In this document: positions 1 to 12,056 of the stretch, piece after piece
How positions within the stretch are numbered: position 1 is the stretch's first letter
Layout: every line of letters begins with the position of its first letter
DNA from: an uncultured Flavobacteriales bacterium
GTDB lineage: Bacteria > Bacteroidota > Bacteroidia > Flavobacteriales_E > Vicingaceae
Assembly (NCBI GenBank): GCA_913048175.1
Contig: CAJWVX010000001.1
Location: forward strand, 12,051-76,050
Reading direction: 5' to 3'
DNA: 64,000 nucleotides
Notes under the pieces: generated by a model
Databases searched by the model: none
Seen by the model: the letters and a program-made list of their open reading frames with translations, nothing else
Told to the model about the DNA's origin: nothing
Program-made: the position numbers and the translations under genes

Positions 1-45
1 TTATCGATTTACATAAGGTCATTAATATGACAGAATAGAATTAAA

Positions 46-705
46 ATGTGTTCTATTTTTGAACAAAATTATTGTATGAAAAAAATAATCTTCTTATTTC
101 TAATTGTACCAACAATTTCTTTTGCTCAAAATTATTCTAAAGCCATGGAGAAAAAAGGAATCGATACCAACAAGTATATTCCTAAAGGTTTAAATATTGG
201 TGATAGTGCTCCTTTAATAGAAGGTATTTCAATTTATAGTACAAAAATTAACTCTAATGAGATAATTAAAGAAAAAGAGATAGTTGTGATATTTTATCGT
301 GGAGAGTGGTGCCCTGTATGTAATAGATATTTACAGAACCTGAATGATTCTTTACAATCTATTTTGGATAAAAATGCTGAAGTTTTAGTTATTGGACCTG
401 AAACTTTTCAGAATGCAGAAAAAATTACAGATAAAACAAAAGCTACATTTACGTTGATTCCTGATACAACATTAAAAATCTTAAAAGATTATGATGTTTT
501 GTTTAATGTTACAGATAAGTATCAAAAGAAAATAAAAACCTTTTTAAGAACTGATATTGCAGAGAGTAACAATCAAGAAGAGGCTCAACTACCCGTTCCA
601 GCAACCTATATTGTTGGTAAAAATGGATTAATAAAGTGGCGACACTTTAATTATGATTATACTGAAAGAGCTTCAGTAAAAGAGATTCTCGATTATCTTG
701 AATAA
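46..705 (+). CDS. Peroxiredoxin-like / AhpC-TSA family thioredoxin-fold protein, secreted
   Basis: 219-aa ORF with redox motif FYRGEWCPVCNRY. The signal peptide MKKIIFLFLIVPTISFAQ starts at the second Met, so the true start is probably 76. Confidence 0.8.
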   Translation: MCSIFEQNYCMKKIIFLFLIVPTISFAQNYSKAMEKKGIDTNKYIPKGLNIGDSAPLIEGISIYSTKINSNEIIKEKEIVVIFYRGEWCPVCNRYLQNLNDSLQSILDKNAEVLVIGPETFQNAEKITDKTKATFTLIPDTTLKILKDYDVLFNVTDKYQKKIKTFLRTDIAESNNQEEAQLPVPATYIVGKNGLIKWRHFNYDYTERASVKEILDYLE

Positions 706-706
706 C

Positions 707-2347
707 CTATATTTCGCTATCCATAACATCTGTAACAACATGGTATCTAGGGTCTTCAATAGAACTTTCAATAATTTGAGCTAATTCAGGTTCTGCTTTT
801 AACAATAAGACTTTACAATCTGGACTAAGGTGAGTTAATTTAATATCCTTACCTAAATCTAAATACTTATTGGTTATATTCTTAATAGCTTCTATACCTG
901 AGTGATCATTTACAGTAGATTCAATAAAGTCTATTTCAATTTTATCAGGATCGTTTTTAGCATTAAATTTTGTGTTAAAATTTTGTATAGAACCAAAGAA
1001 TAGAGGTCCCCATATTTCATAAACCAAAGTTCCATCAGTTTTTGTTCTTTTTCTCGCTCTAATCATAGTTGCGTTTTTCCAAGCAAAAACTAATGCAGAA
1101 ATAATTACACCAGCAATAACAGCAATTGCTAAATCAAAGAAGACAGTAACTGCAGAAACAATTATTAATACAGCTGCATCAGCTTTAGGTATTTTTGCAA
1201 GAATTCTAAAACTACTCCATGCAAAAGTTTCTATAACCATCATAAACATTACGCCAACTAAGGCAGCAATAGGTACTTGCTCTATGTATTTATCAGCAAA
1301 CAATATGAATGTTAAAAGCGTTAATGCCATCATAATACCCGAAAGTCTTCCCCTTCCACCAGCATTAATATTAATTACGGTTTGTCCAATCATACCACAA
1401 CCACCAGTACCACCAAATAAACCACTTAAAATGTTTCCTGCACCTTGTGCCACACATTCTTTGTTTCCGCTTCCTCTGCTTTCTGTCAATTCATCAACAA
1501 GGTTCATAGTCATTAAAGATTCAATAAGGCCAACAGCAGCGGCCAAAACAGCATAAGGAAGAATGAATTTTAGAGTGCTAAGATTGATGGGTAGATTTTG
1601 CCACAATTCAATATTTGGAGTAGGAAACTCACCTTTAAGACCAGTTCCACCACCTTCAACAATATAAGAACCTACAGTGCTAACATCAATACCTCCAAAA
1701 ATAACAATTGCGGTAGTAACTAAAATAGCAATTAATGCAGCTGGCACTTTCTTTGTGATTTTTGGTAATAACCAAATAATAGCCATTGTTAAACCTACTA
1801 AACCTAACATGGTGTAAAGTTCCGTTCCTTCCATAGGTATGTCTAAATATTTTTTTACTCCTTCCGCAGAGATCTCTAACTCTTTATGAAAGAACATTTT
1901 TACTTGAGCCATAAAAATAACAATGGATAAACCGTTAACAAACCCCATCATAACTGTGTGAGGGATTAATCGAACAAACTTACCTAGTTTAAATATACCT
2001 GCAGAAACCTGAATAATTCCCATAAGAATTACCGTAGCTAACAAATAGAAATAGCCCATATTTTCTATCGGAAGATCAAACAACATACCTCTTGTATGTC
2101 CTTCAGAAATCATGCTTACAAAGATAACAGCTACTGCACCTGCAGCTCCAGAAATCAGACCTGGACGGCCACCAAAAATAGCAGTAATTAAACCAATAAT
2201 AAAAGCACCTGATAAAGCAACTAAAGGATCTATTTGAGCAACAAAAGCAAAGGCAACAACCTCTGGTATCATAGCCATAGAGACCGTTATTCCCGATAAA
2301 ATATCGTTTTTAGGGTTTTGGGTAAAGTTTCGGATAAGCTTCTTCAT
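707..2347 (-). CDS. SulP family inorganic anion (sulfate) transporter with C-terminal STAS domain
   Basis: 546-aa polytopic membrane ORF with SulP-type Gly-rich TM segments (GGRPGLISGAAGA, GAGNILSGLFGGTGGCGMIGQT). A soluble C-terminal ~120 aa resembles STAS. Confidence 0.9.
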   Translation of the reverse strand: MKKLIRNFTQNPKNDILSGITVSMAMIPEVVAFAFVAQIDPLVALSGAFIIGLITAIFGGRPGLISGAAGAVAVIFVSMISEGHTRGMLFDLPIENMGYFYLLATVILMGIIQVSAGIFKLGKFVRLIPHTVMMGFVNGLSIVIFMAQVKMFFHKELEISAEGVKKYLDIPMEGTELYTMLGLVGLTMAIIWLLPKITKKVPAALIAILVTTAIVIFGGIDVSTVGSYIVEGGGTGLKGEFPTPNIELWQNLPINLSTLKFILPYAVLAAAVGLIESLMTMNLVDELTESRGSGNKECVAQGAGNILSGLFGGTGGCGMIGQTVININAGGRGRLSGIMMALTLLTFILFADKYIEQVPIAALVGVMFMMVIETFAWSSFRILAKIPKADAAVLIIVSAVTVFFDLAIAVIAGVIISALVFAWKNATMIRARKRTKTDGTLVYEIWGPLFFGSIQNFNTKFNAKNDPDKIEIDFIESTVNDHSGIEAIKNITNKYLDLGKDIKLTHLSPDCKVLLLKAEPELAQIIESSIEDPRYHVVTDVMDSEI

Positions 2348-2605
2348 AGTTGGGCTTCAAATTTTGAAAGCGGCAAAGATAATACTTTAGTTGGGTGAGG
2401 AGTGAAAAGAAGTTTTTTTGTTCTGAATGATAAATAAGGTCTGTTTCGTTTGACAGCTCTACTATGGTTAGTAAAGGAATTAATAAATAATAATTTTCCA
2501 AATAGGTACTTAGTCAAAACTTTTTTTTAAAAAAAAGTAAGATCAAAAGATTGGGCGGATATGGTTTTAAAGTTCTAAAATTTAGGCTAATCATCAAACT
2601 TCTTG

Positions 2606-3658
2606 TTAGTTATAGACATTGTTATAAATAGTTGATTCTAGTTTTTTTAATAATTCAGGATTAGATGGTCTTATTTCTTCAGGATTAATAACTCTGCCTT
2701 CTTTATCTAAAAATAGAAATCTAGGTAAAGCACCAATATCATAAAATTTTACAAAGTCTGAATTTGCACCAGAATAAAGTTGTATTCCTTCAATTGAATT
2801 TTTAGTAATATACTTCTCCCATTTATCAAATTCTCGATCAGAGCTAATAGAGATAATTTGAAGTTCTTCATTATTTGAAAAGTGTTCCTCCAGTTGTTTT
2901 AGAAAAACATATTCTACTTTACATGGCTCACACCAAGTAGCCCAAACATCAATGTAAAGGTATTTGCCTTGAAAATATTTTAAAGATATATTTTTTTTAT
3001 TTATATCTGTGAAAGAGAAGTTGTTCCCTATTTCATTTACTAAAGATGTTTTATACAAGTATTTTGTATTCTTCTGTTTAAGAATATCTGAGAATTCACT
3101 AAATTTCACTTTAACATAAGTACTTAAGCTATCAACTATGTTTAGTGAAATTCCTTTTTCATTAATTAAGTTACCTTTTTCATGTATGAGAATTTCAAGC
3201 TCCTTTTGTTCAATACCATTTCGAACTATTTGAGACAATTGGTTTTGATATTTTTTAGAGTAGGCCAAGAAATTATTAGACAACTCAAAGTTTCCAGTAT
3301 AATTTATAGATTCGAAAAGTTCATTCTCATCTATAGATAGAGATATTTGGCTGTTTGGAGAAATTAATAGCTCTCCCAATTCTCCCTGTTTACCATTTAA
3401 AAATGAATAAATTTGATAAAGTTTATTTTCTAGTATATTCATAGTATCAATAACATTATTTGACTCCTTAAATCTTATAATGGACTTGATTTCCCATGAC
3501 ATTTCTTTGTCATAAATAATTAAGCTGTCCAGTAATTGGTGATTAGTGACATTAACTTCGATTACAGAAAAGGGATTTTTTATTTTATCCTTGCACCCGG
3601 AAATTATAATGGATAGCAGAAATATAATTATTGATGTCTTGATCATGTTATTTAGCAT
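2606..3658 (-). CDS. TlpA-family thiol:disulfide oxidoreductase lipoprotein with a long N-terminal domain
   Basis: 350-aa ORF with lipobox IISGC near the N-terminus. The C-terminal thioredoxin fold carries WATWCEPC. Confidence 0.8.
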   Translation of the reverse strand: MLNNMIKTSIIIFLLSIIISGCKDKIKNPFSVIEVNVTNHQLLDSLIIYDKEMSWEIKSIIRFKESNNVIDTMNILENKLYQIYSFLNGKQGELGELLISPNSQISLSIDENELFESINYTGNFELSNNFLAYSKKYQNQLSQIVRNGIEQKELEILIHEKGNLINEKGISLNIVDSLSTYVKVKFSEFSDILKQKNTKYLYKTSLVNEIGNNFSFTDINKKNISLKYFQGKYLYIDVWATWCEPCKVEYVFLKQLEEHFSNNEELQIISISSDREFDKWEKYITKNSIEGIQLYSGANSDFVKFYDIGALPRFLFLDKEGRVINPEEIRPSNPELLKKLESTIYNNVYN

Positions 3659-3783
3659 TGTTTATAATGTGCTTGTTGGTTGCGTTTCGATACGAGTTAC
3701 ATTGTGCTAAACGAAGTTAACTTTTTTCAGCAGAAAGTCAATATCCTTAGAAGAAATATCCCATTTTTTCTTGTCAAAATGGT

Positions 3784-3791
3784 TACATTTG
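3784..3791 (+). promoter_or_regulatory. Bacteroidota-type -7 promoter element (TAnnTTTG) for the ABC-F gene
   Basis: TACATTTG lies 21 nt upstream of the ATG at 3813 and matches the published Bacteroidetes -7 consensus TAnnTTTG. Confidence 0.4.
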
Positions 3792-3809
3792 CAGCCTCAA
3801 AAAAAATGA

Positions 3810-6355
<2,546 letters not shown>

Positions 6356-6408
6356 TGGAGATTTAATAATGCAAAATAAACCTATTTTTAAGGAACAATT
6401 TTAGTTTT

Positions 6409-7416
6409 ATGAAATCAATATTAACAGCATTTATTCTAGTTCTTATATTAGGCTCTTGTACTCCTAAAAAAGTAACATTAACTCCATATATATTTCCATA
6501 CAAATCTTCAATGAGAGGTTTGTTTAGTGTTGATGAGAATGTAAGTTGGTCAAGTGGTACCAATGGTTACACATTTATATCTATTAGCAATGAATGGAAA
6601 GGTATTCAAGATACCTCCTGGGGTTCATTAGATTTTAGAGATGTTCATAGTTTTAGTGATAAAGAAGCTATTATCATGAGTTCTGGAGATAGTTGTAAAA
6701 TATATAAAACTATTGATGGTGCTGAATCTTGGAGTCTAGTTTACGAGAATAATTCTGAAGGAATTTTCTTTGATGGAATGGATTTTTGGGATGATAAAAA
6801 TGGACTAGCCTTTAGTGACCCAGTTGATAATCAACTATTTATTATTACAACTAATGATGGAGGGGATTCTTGGCAGAATTTAGTATCAGTTGACCTACCA
6901 CAAACTTTAAAAGGAGAAGCTGGTTTTGCGGCAAGTGGAACAGGAATAGTTTGTATTGGCGATAGTTCAGTTTATATAGGAACAGGAGGAGGAGAGACTT
7001 CAAGGGTTTTTACATCTCATAATAGAGGGAAGAGTTGGTTAGCGATAGAAACTCCAATGATGAAAGGTGAAGCTTCAGGGATTTATTCTATGACTTTTAT
7101 GGATGAATTAAATGGTGTTGCTGTTGGAGGAAATTATTTAGATTCAGCTAATACAAAAGGAAACTGTGTATTTACTTCGGATGGTGGTCTAACTTGGGAT
7201 TTACCAAAAACTCCACCAACTGGTTATAGATCAGGAGTAGCTCATAATGGAAATGGGTTATTAATAGCAACAGGAAGAAATGGAGTAGATGTTTCTTATG
7301 ACAAAGGGAATAACTGGAAACATGTTACAGATGACGCATATTACAGTGTAGTCTTAAATGGAAATTCAGGTTGGCTATCTGGCAGAAGTAAAATGGCTAA
7401 GATTATTATTGAATAA
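6409..7416 (+). CDS. BNR/Ycf48-like beta-propeller lipoprotein
   Basis: 335 aa with lipobox LGSC. Repeated Asp-box-like motifs are present (T.DGG.SW: TIDGAESW, TNDGGDSW, SHNRGKSW, TSDGGLTW, YDKGNNW). Confidence 0.65.
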   Translation: MKSILTAFILVLILGSCTPKKVTLTPYIFPYKSSMRGLFSVDENVSWSSGTNGYTFISISNEWKGIQDTSWGSLDFRDVHSFSDKEAIIMSSGDSCKIYKTIDGAESWSLVYENNSEGIFFDGMDFWDDKNGLAFSDPVDNQLFIITTNDGGDSWQNLVSVDLPQTLKGEAGFAASGTGIVCIGDSSVYIGTGGGETSRVFTSHNRGKSWLAIETPMMKGEASGIYSMTFMDELNGVAVGGNYLDSANTKGNCVFTSDGGLTWDLPKTPPTGYRSGVAHNGNGLLIATGRNGVDVSYDKGNNWKHVTDDAYYSVVLNGNSGWLSGRSKMAKIIIE

Positions 7417-7417
7417 A

Positions 7418-7930
7418 CTAAAACAAGTTGGTTTGTTCATTTTCTAAATCCAGTAAGAATTTTTTTTCCAAAAGGTCTCTGTAAAACTGGTTAAACTTCT
7501 ATCCGAACCAATAACTATAGGACAAGGAATTACAATTAAATTTATTAGCTCCGTTAGCTGTTGCAACTGCTCTTATTGCTTTTAAATCACCCATAGCTAT
7601 TTCTTGTTATTTGTAGGTTCTTGTGGATCCAAAAGGTATATTCTGAAGATCTTCCCAAACTTTCGTTTGAAAAGGAGTTAATATAATCTCTAAAGGCAAA
7701 TTAAACGATTTTCGTTTCTTATTAAAATATTCGTTTAACTGAACCTTTAATTATTTTAAATTTTTGTTCTCTATGTTTTGAGAAATAGAGTATTCTTTTT
7801 TACATTTATTTTAATGAGTTTCAATTCTTTTATTACTATCAAACTCAATCATAAAAATACCATTTTTTGATACCCCAACATTTAATACTCCTAATGGAAA
7901 ATTAATTTTATGAATAGTAATGTCTGACAT
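7418..7930 (-). pseudogene. ogt: Decayed methylated-DNA-protein-cysteine methyltransferase (Ogt/MGMT) gene
   Basis: Hand translation of the minus strand is colinear with Ogt: MSDITIHKINFPLGVLNVGVSKNGIFMIEF..., then LTPFQTKVWEDLQNIPFGSTRTYK*QEIAMGDLKAIRAVATANGAN, then a shifted frame NLIVIPCPIVIGSDRSLTSF, then KKFLLDLENEQ*. There are three in-frame TAA stops and at least two frameshifts, one at the A8 run 7462-7469. The active site PCHR has degenerated to PCPI. Confidence 0.75.
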
Positions 7931-8613
7931 TAAAATAGAGACGCTCCATTTGCATCAGTTGTAACACTTTCGCTCATGTAATCGAAAAAAGGTCGCATCT
8001 CTTTAAAGGTCTCACTAACTTTATTTGCAAAGTCAGAACTTAAAACCTCTTTATCTGTAAACTTCTTAGAAATAATAAATTGCTTATATCGCAACAAATC
8101 TAACGCAGGATGTTCTTTATCAAAACCTTTAGGACATGTTTTTAATTGTTCTCCATCTAACGTTGCAAAAGTATCTCTAAATGATTTACTATTGATTATC
8201 TTTCTTAAAGGTTCAGCATCAAAAGCAATATCTTCCCTTATTCTTAATAAATCATCTTTATCTGGACTCCAAAATCCACCACCAACCATAGAGTTTCCTT
8301 TTTCTATATGAAAATAATAACCACCTCTTAATTGTTTGGATGCTCTTTTAAACCCACCTGCCCAATGAGATTTGTAAGGAGATTTATCTTTTCCGAAACG
8401 GACATCTCTATAGATACGATAAAGACTTTTTTTGCCAGTAGGCGTTTCTATAGTATCGTGTTTGATTAGTTCAATTAAAACTTGATCAGCAAACTCAATA
8501 GTATTTTGGTGCTGTTCAATATAGATGTCTTTGTTGTCATTAAACCAATCTCGGTTATTGTTTTTTTTTAATTGAGTTAAGAAATCAAAATTATCTTTAG
8601 AAATTGTAGACAT
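7930..8613 (-). CDS. DUF2461 (TIGR02453-like) family protein
   Basis: 227 aa with N-terminal FLTQLKKNNNRDWFNDNKDIY, then YRIYRDVRFGKDKSPYK and GGGFWSP, characteristic of this family as I recall it. Confidence 0.7.
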   Translation of the reverse strand: MSTISKDNFDFLTQLKKNNNRDWFNDNKDIYIEQHQNTIEFADQVLIELIKHDTIETPTGKKSLYRIYRDVRFGKDKSPYKSHWAGGFKRASKQLRGGYYFHIEKGNSMVGGGFWSPDKDDLLRIREDIAFDAEPLRKIINSKSFRDTFATLDGEQLKTCPKGFDKEHPALDLLRYKQFIISKKFTDKEVLSSDFANKVSETFKEMRPFFDYMSESVTTDANGASLF

Positions 8614-8786
8614 AACTTACTAGTTAGATTAATAAGATGAAATTAACAAAATAATGTGAAGTTGATATTTTTTGCTAATGAACTATTAGAAGAAAATTTT
8701 ATAAAGTAAAGTGAAATTATTTTGTAATTTCATGTTAGCTACTAAAATTAAGATAATAATTTATACAAAATGATGTTATACTTAGG

Positions 8787-9896
8787 ATGATAGTTGAATT
8801 AGATATTGAATCACTCATTAATTTCTTATCTATTGCGATAGGGTTTTTTTTAGCCATCCATTTTTTAACATTAAGAGGAATTAATAAAAACTCAAATCTT
8901 TTTTTAGGATTGTTTTTACTTCAAGTTTCCATTTCAGTTTTTATTACTCAGGTTGAGTTCCTAATTGTTGAATCTAATAATATTAGATGGCTTTTTTTAC
9001 CGATAATTTCGCCATTTGCATATATGCCTATACTTTATTATCATTCATTGTCAATTACTAACTTGTTTAAAGCAAATGGGAAGAAAATGTTATGGATTTT
9101 TATACCAGCATTGATAGAATTGTGTTTAAAACTTGTGCTGTTTCTATTTTATCCTAACCTAACGTTAGGAGATGATTTTTTTAATAGCTATATATATATA
9201 ACCTTATATTTATCAACAATATATAGCCTATTTATTCTATACTTGTTATTAAAGATTATTAAGATCCATAACGCAAATATTTTAAATCTCTTTTCTACTA
9301 TAGAAGATAAACAGCTTAATTGGTTAAGGCTTTTGTCAATAGTAAATATTGGGTTTAATGTTATCTGGTTTTTAGATGATAGTTTAGTGCTTTTAGGAGT
9401 AGGAAATCCTGTATCGCATTTTATTGCTGAGTTTTCACTTTTTGGAACGCTCATTAATATTTGTTGGATGGGCTTTGCAAGCTTAAGACAGCCCTCTATA
9501 TTTAAACTAGATATTGACAAATATACATCAGACAAAAAAAGTAATTCAACCATAGAGGATGAATTATTGTTTAGCCAATTTAAATTACAAATAGAATCTG
9601 ATTTTATTTATCTAAAATCAGATTTAACCTTAAAAGAATTAGCAAATGAATTAAATACAAGAGATAAAGAACTCTCTAGAATTATTAATTTATGCTATAG
9701 CCAGAACTTTTTTCATTTTATTAATTCTTATCGAATTAACTACTTTAAAAAGCATGTAAATAATCCTGATAAAAAGAATCTAAGCATAGAAGGGTTAGCC
9801 TTTGAAGCTGGGTTCAAATCTAAATCAAGTTTTTATACTGCATTTAAAAAAATTGAAAAAATGACTCCAAAAGAGTTCGAATTGAGTATAAAATAG
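8787..9896 (+). CDS. AraC family transcriptional regulator with N-terminal multi-TM sensor domain
   Basis: 369 aa with about 6 hydrophobic helices in the first 230 aa. The C-terminal AraC HTH reads LTLKELANELNTRDKELSRIIN ... EAGFKSKSSFYTAFKKIEKMTPKEF. Confidence 0.85.
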   Translation: MIVELDIESLINFLSIAIGFFLAIHFLTLRGINKNSNLFLGLFLLQVSISVFITQVEFLIVESNNIRWLFLPIISPFAYMPILYYHSLSITNLFKANGKKMLWIFIPALIELCLKLVLFLFYPNLTLGDDFFNSYIYITLYLSTIYSLFILYLLLKIIKIHNANILNLFSTIEDKQLNWLRLLSIVNIGFNVIWFLDDSLVLLGVGNPVSHFIAEFSLFGTLINICWMGFASLRQPSIFKLDIDKYTSDKKSNSTIEDELLFSQFKLQIESDFIYLKSDLTLKELANELNTRDKELSRIINLCYSQNFFHFINSYRINYFKKHVNNPDKKNLSIEGLAFEAGFKSKSSFYTAFKKIEKMTPKEFELSIK

Positions 9897-9994
9897 TATG
9901 AATACTTCCATTCGAACGCTTTATAAACTGTTTTAAGCAATAGCTTTTATTCAAATACGTATTCTTGACTGTAATTAACTAAAAAGATAGAAAA

Positions 9995-11074
9995 ATGAAA
10001 AAAGTAGCAGTAAGTTTATTATTAATAGGGTATGCTTTTTTAGCTAATGCTCAAAATACGGTTTGTTTTACCGTTCAGTCTAATCCTAAAATTGGAGTAA
10101 CAGCCTTTTCAGGTTTTACTAAGTATGTTAGTGTCCTATCTTGTTTCGAAATTTACGCTGAACCAAGTATTCCTGATTCAATTGTATTACATGCTGCTGC
10201 TGTAGCGGCAGAATTATTGGATAACGATGAGGATGGAGTAGTGGATGATATTTTAATTAAAACTGAGTTAGCCTTGAGTGAAGCGATGATGCCTATTTTT
10301 TCTGCAGATGGATCAGCTGCTGAGAATACTTTTTTTAATAATTATATGGGTGGTGGTGTAGGTGCAGTATTGTATCTTTATGAAATGGATCCTTCTTCAA
10401 CTGGTTATTGGGGAGCAGATGCAACAGTAGAAGAAATTATACATACTATTAATGGTAAAGGACATGCTATTGTTTATCCAGCAGCTTTTTCACCGGGAGT
10501 AGGATCATCATTAATGTCAGTAGCAATGGATGTTGCAAGAGGAGGTCAGTTTTTAACAATCCCAACTCCATACCCTGGATCTGCTTGGTACCATTATGAT
10601 GATACAACATGTGACTATGAATGTATGGCTATTGAATATTTTTATTGGTCAGAAGTTACCAATATGGGAATATTAAATGATGTTGCTACTTGTAGTGGAA
10701 TAGCAAATGAATGGGAACCATGCTCTCCTACATTATTTCAATCTACGGATGTGTTGATGTATAACTTAATAACTGATCCACAGTATAAAATCCCTCAAAA
10801 TGCACCAGATGGAAATTATTGTCCAGTAGCATTAGGAATACAAGATGAAATAGAAAATTTTGATTTTGATTTGTTTCCGAACCCTGTTTCAGGGTTACTT
10901 ACTGTCCGTTTAAGTGAGGAAAGCGATGTTACTATTTTTGATACTAGAGGAAAGCTTATTCGTTCTTACAATAAGGAAGATGGTGATTTAAAAATTGATG
11001 TAAGTTCAATTTCTAGAGGAGTTTACATTGTAAGAGTTAAAAATAAAGTAAAGAAGTTAATTCTTAGTAAATAG
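9995..11074 (+). CDS. Secreted protein with T9SS C-terminal sorting domain
   Basis: 359 aa with signal peptide ...LANAQ. The C-terminal ~75 aa (FDLFPNPVSGLLTVRL ... GVYIVRVKNKVKKLI) matches the Por/T9SS CTD pattern. The N-terminal domain is unassigned. Confidence 0.75.
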   Translation: MKKVAVSLLLIGYAFLANAQNTVCFTVQSNPKIGVTAFSGFTKYVSVLSCFEIYAEPSIPDSIVLHAAAVAAELLDNDEDGVVDDILIKTELALSEAMMPIFSADGSAAENTFFNNYMGGGVGAVLYLYEMDPSSTGYWGADATVEEIIHTINGKGHAIVYPAAFSPGVGSSLMSVAMDVARGGQFLTIPTPYPGSAWYHYDDTTCDYECMAIEYFYWSEVTNMGILNDVATCSGIANEWEPCSPTLFQSTDVLMYNLITDPQYKIPQNAPDGNYCPVALGIQDEIENFDFDLFPNPVSGLLTVRLSEESDVTIFDTRGKLIRSYNKEDGDLKIDVSSISRGVYIVRVKNKVKKLILSK

Positions 11075-11086
11075 GAATGTAGATTT

Positions 11087-11125
11087 AAAAAAATAGCTCA
11101 ACACTTAGTGTTGAGCTATTTTTTT
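11087..11125. terminator. Bidirectional rho-independent terminator between convergent genes
   Basis: A perfect 12-bp stem (ATAGCTCAACAC 11093-11104 / GTGTTGAGCTAT 11108-11119) has a 3-nt loop, an A-run upstream and a T-run downstream. Confidence 0.8.
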
Positions 11126-11150
11126 AAGTCTTATTTTTTGGAATGAAATT

Positions 11151-11975
11151 TTAAGTATTTAACCACTTAATAAATCTCTTATAAATGCTTGTTTCTCTTA
11201 CTTCTTCAATAATAGGTTGAATTTTTTCAGTTTCAGTAACTGTTTCTGTAGCTTGTTCTACTTTATTTTCAACGACTTTCTTTTTCTTTTTAACTGTAGT
11301 TGAAGTAGTTGCGGAAACTTGTTGTTTATAATGATCTTTCTGACTTTTCTTTCTTTTCGCTTCTAACTTCTCTTCACGCTTCTTTTGAGCTAATAAAATA
11401 GTCGCTTTTTTCTTTTCTTCCTCTTTAGTTAAAAGATTGTGCTTTTCAGTTTTTAACATTGCTTGACGCTCAGCTTCAACTTCTCTTTTTTCTTTAGCTA
11501 ATCTTCTTTTCTCATCAGCTTCCTTCTTTTTAGCTTCGTTTGCTATTGCTTTTTTCTCGCTTTCTATTTTTTTATCTTCTCTCTTCTTTATATCAAGAGT
11601 TTCTTGATCATAAACAACACCATCCACTTCTATTTTAACTTCTTTTCTATTTGGAAGATCAATTTTTCCAATAATTTTTAACTCTTGTGGAGCAGCAGCT
11701 TTTACTGTTTCAATATGTTCAACAGGTTTAGGAGCTTCTTCAGCAATAACTTCTGTTTCTTCTAAATTAGGAGTTTCTTTCTTAGACTTTGACTCTTCTT
11801 TAATCTCTACCTCTTTAACTGCAGATTTAAATTGAGCTGAAATTAGTTCTATAAGGTCATCTTCTACTTTAGAGTTAGGGTGAGACTTAACTGTAATACC
11901 CTTCTCTTTCTCTAAAAAAGCAACAATTTTCTCGGGCTTAATTTCTAACTGTCTTGCTAACTGACCTAATCTCAT
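11151..11975 (-). CDS. Lys/Glu-rich protein with IF-2 N-terminal-like domain
   Basis: 274 aa. The N-terminus MRLGQLARQLEIKPEKIVAFLEKEKGI resembles the IF2_N helical domain. It is followed by KIIGKIDLP and a long K/E-rich low-complexity region, with no GTPase motifs. Confidence 0.55.
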   Translation of the reverse strand: MRLGQLARQLEIKPEKIVAFLEKEKGITVKSHPNSKVEDDLIELISAQFKSAVKEVEIKEESKSKKETPNLEETEVIAEEAPKPVEHIETVKAAAPQELKIIGKIDLPNRKEVKIEVDGVVYDQETLDIKKREDKKIESEKKAIANEAKKKEADEKRRLAKEKREVEAERQAMLKTEKHNLLTKEEEKKKATILLAQKKREEKLEAKRKKSQKDHYKQQVSATTSTTVKKKKKVVENKVEQATETVTETEKIQPIIEEVRETSIYKRFIKWLNT

Positions 11976-12056
11976 CTAATTCTATTTTTATGCAAATATA
12001 ATAGATAGAATATACTCTTCAAAATGTTATGCGCATGAGTTTTAACTAATTTTCAG

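Noticed and set aside
2310-2501. 63-aa ORF overlapping the SulP start
   Set aside because: It overlaps the SulP N-terminus and 5' region on the same strand, has no motifs, and is most likely spurious.
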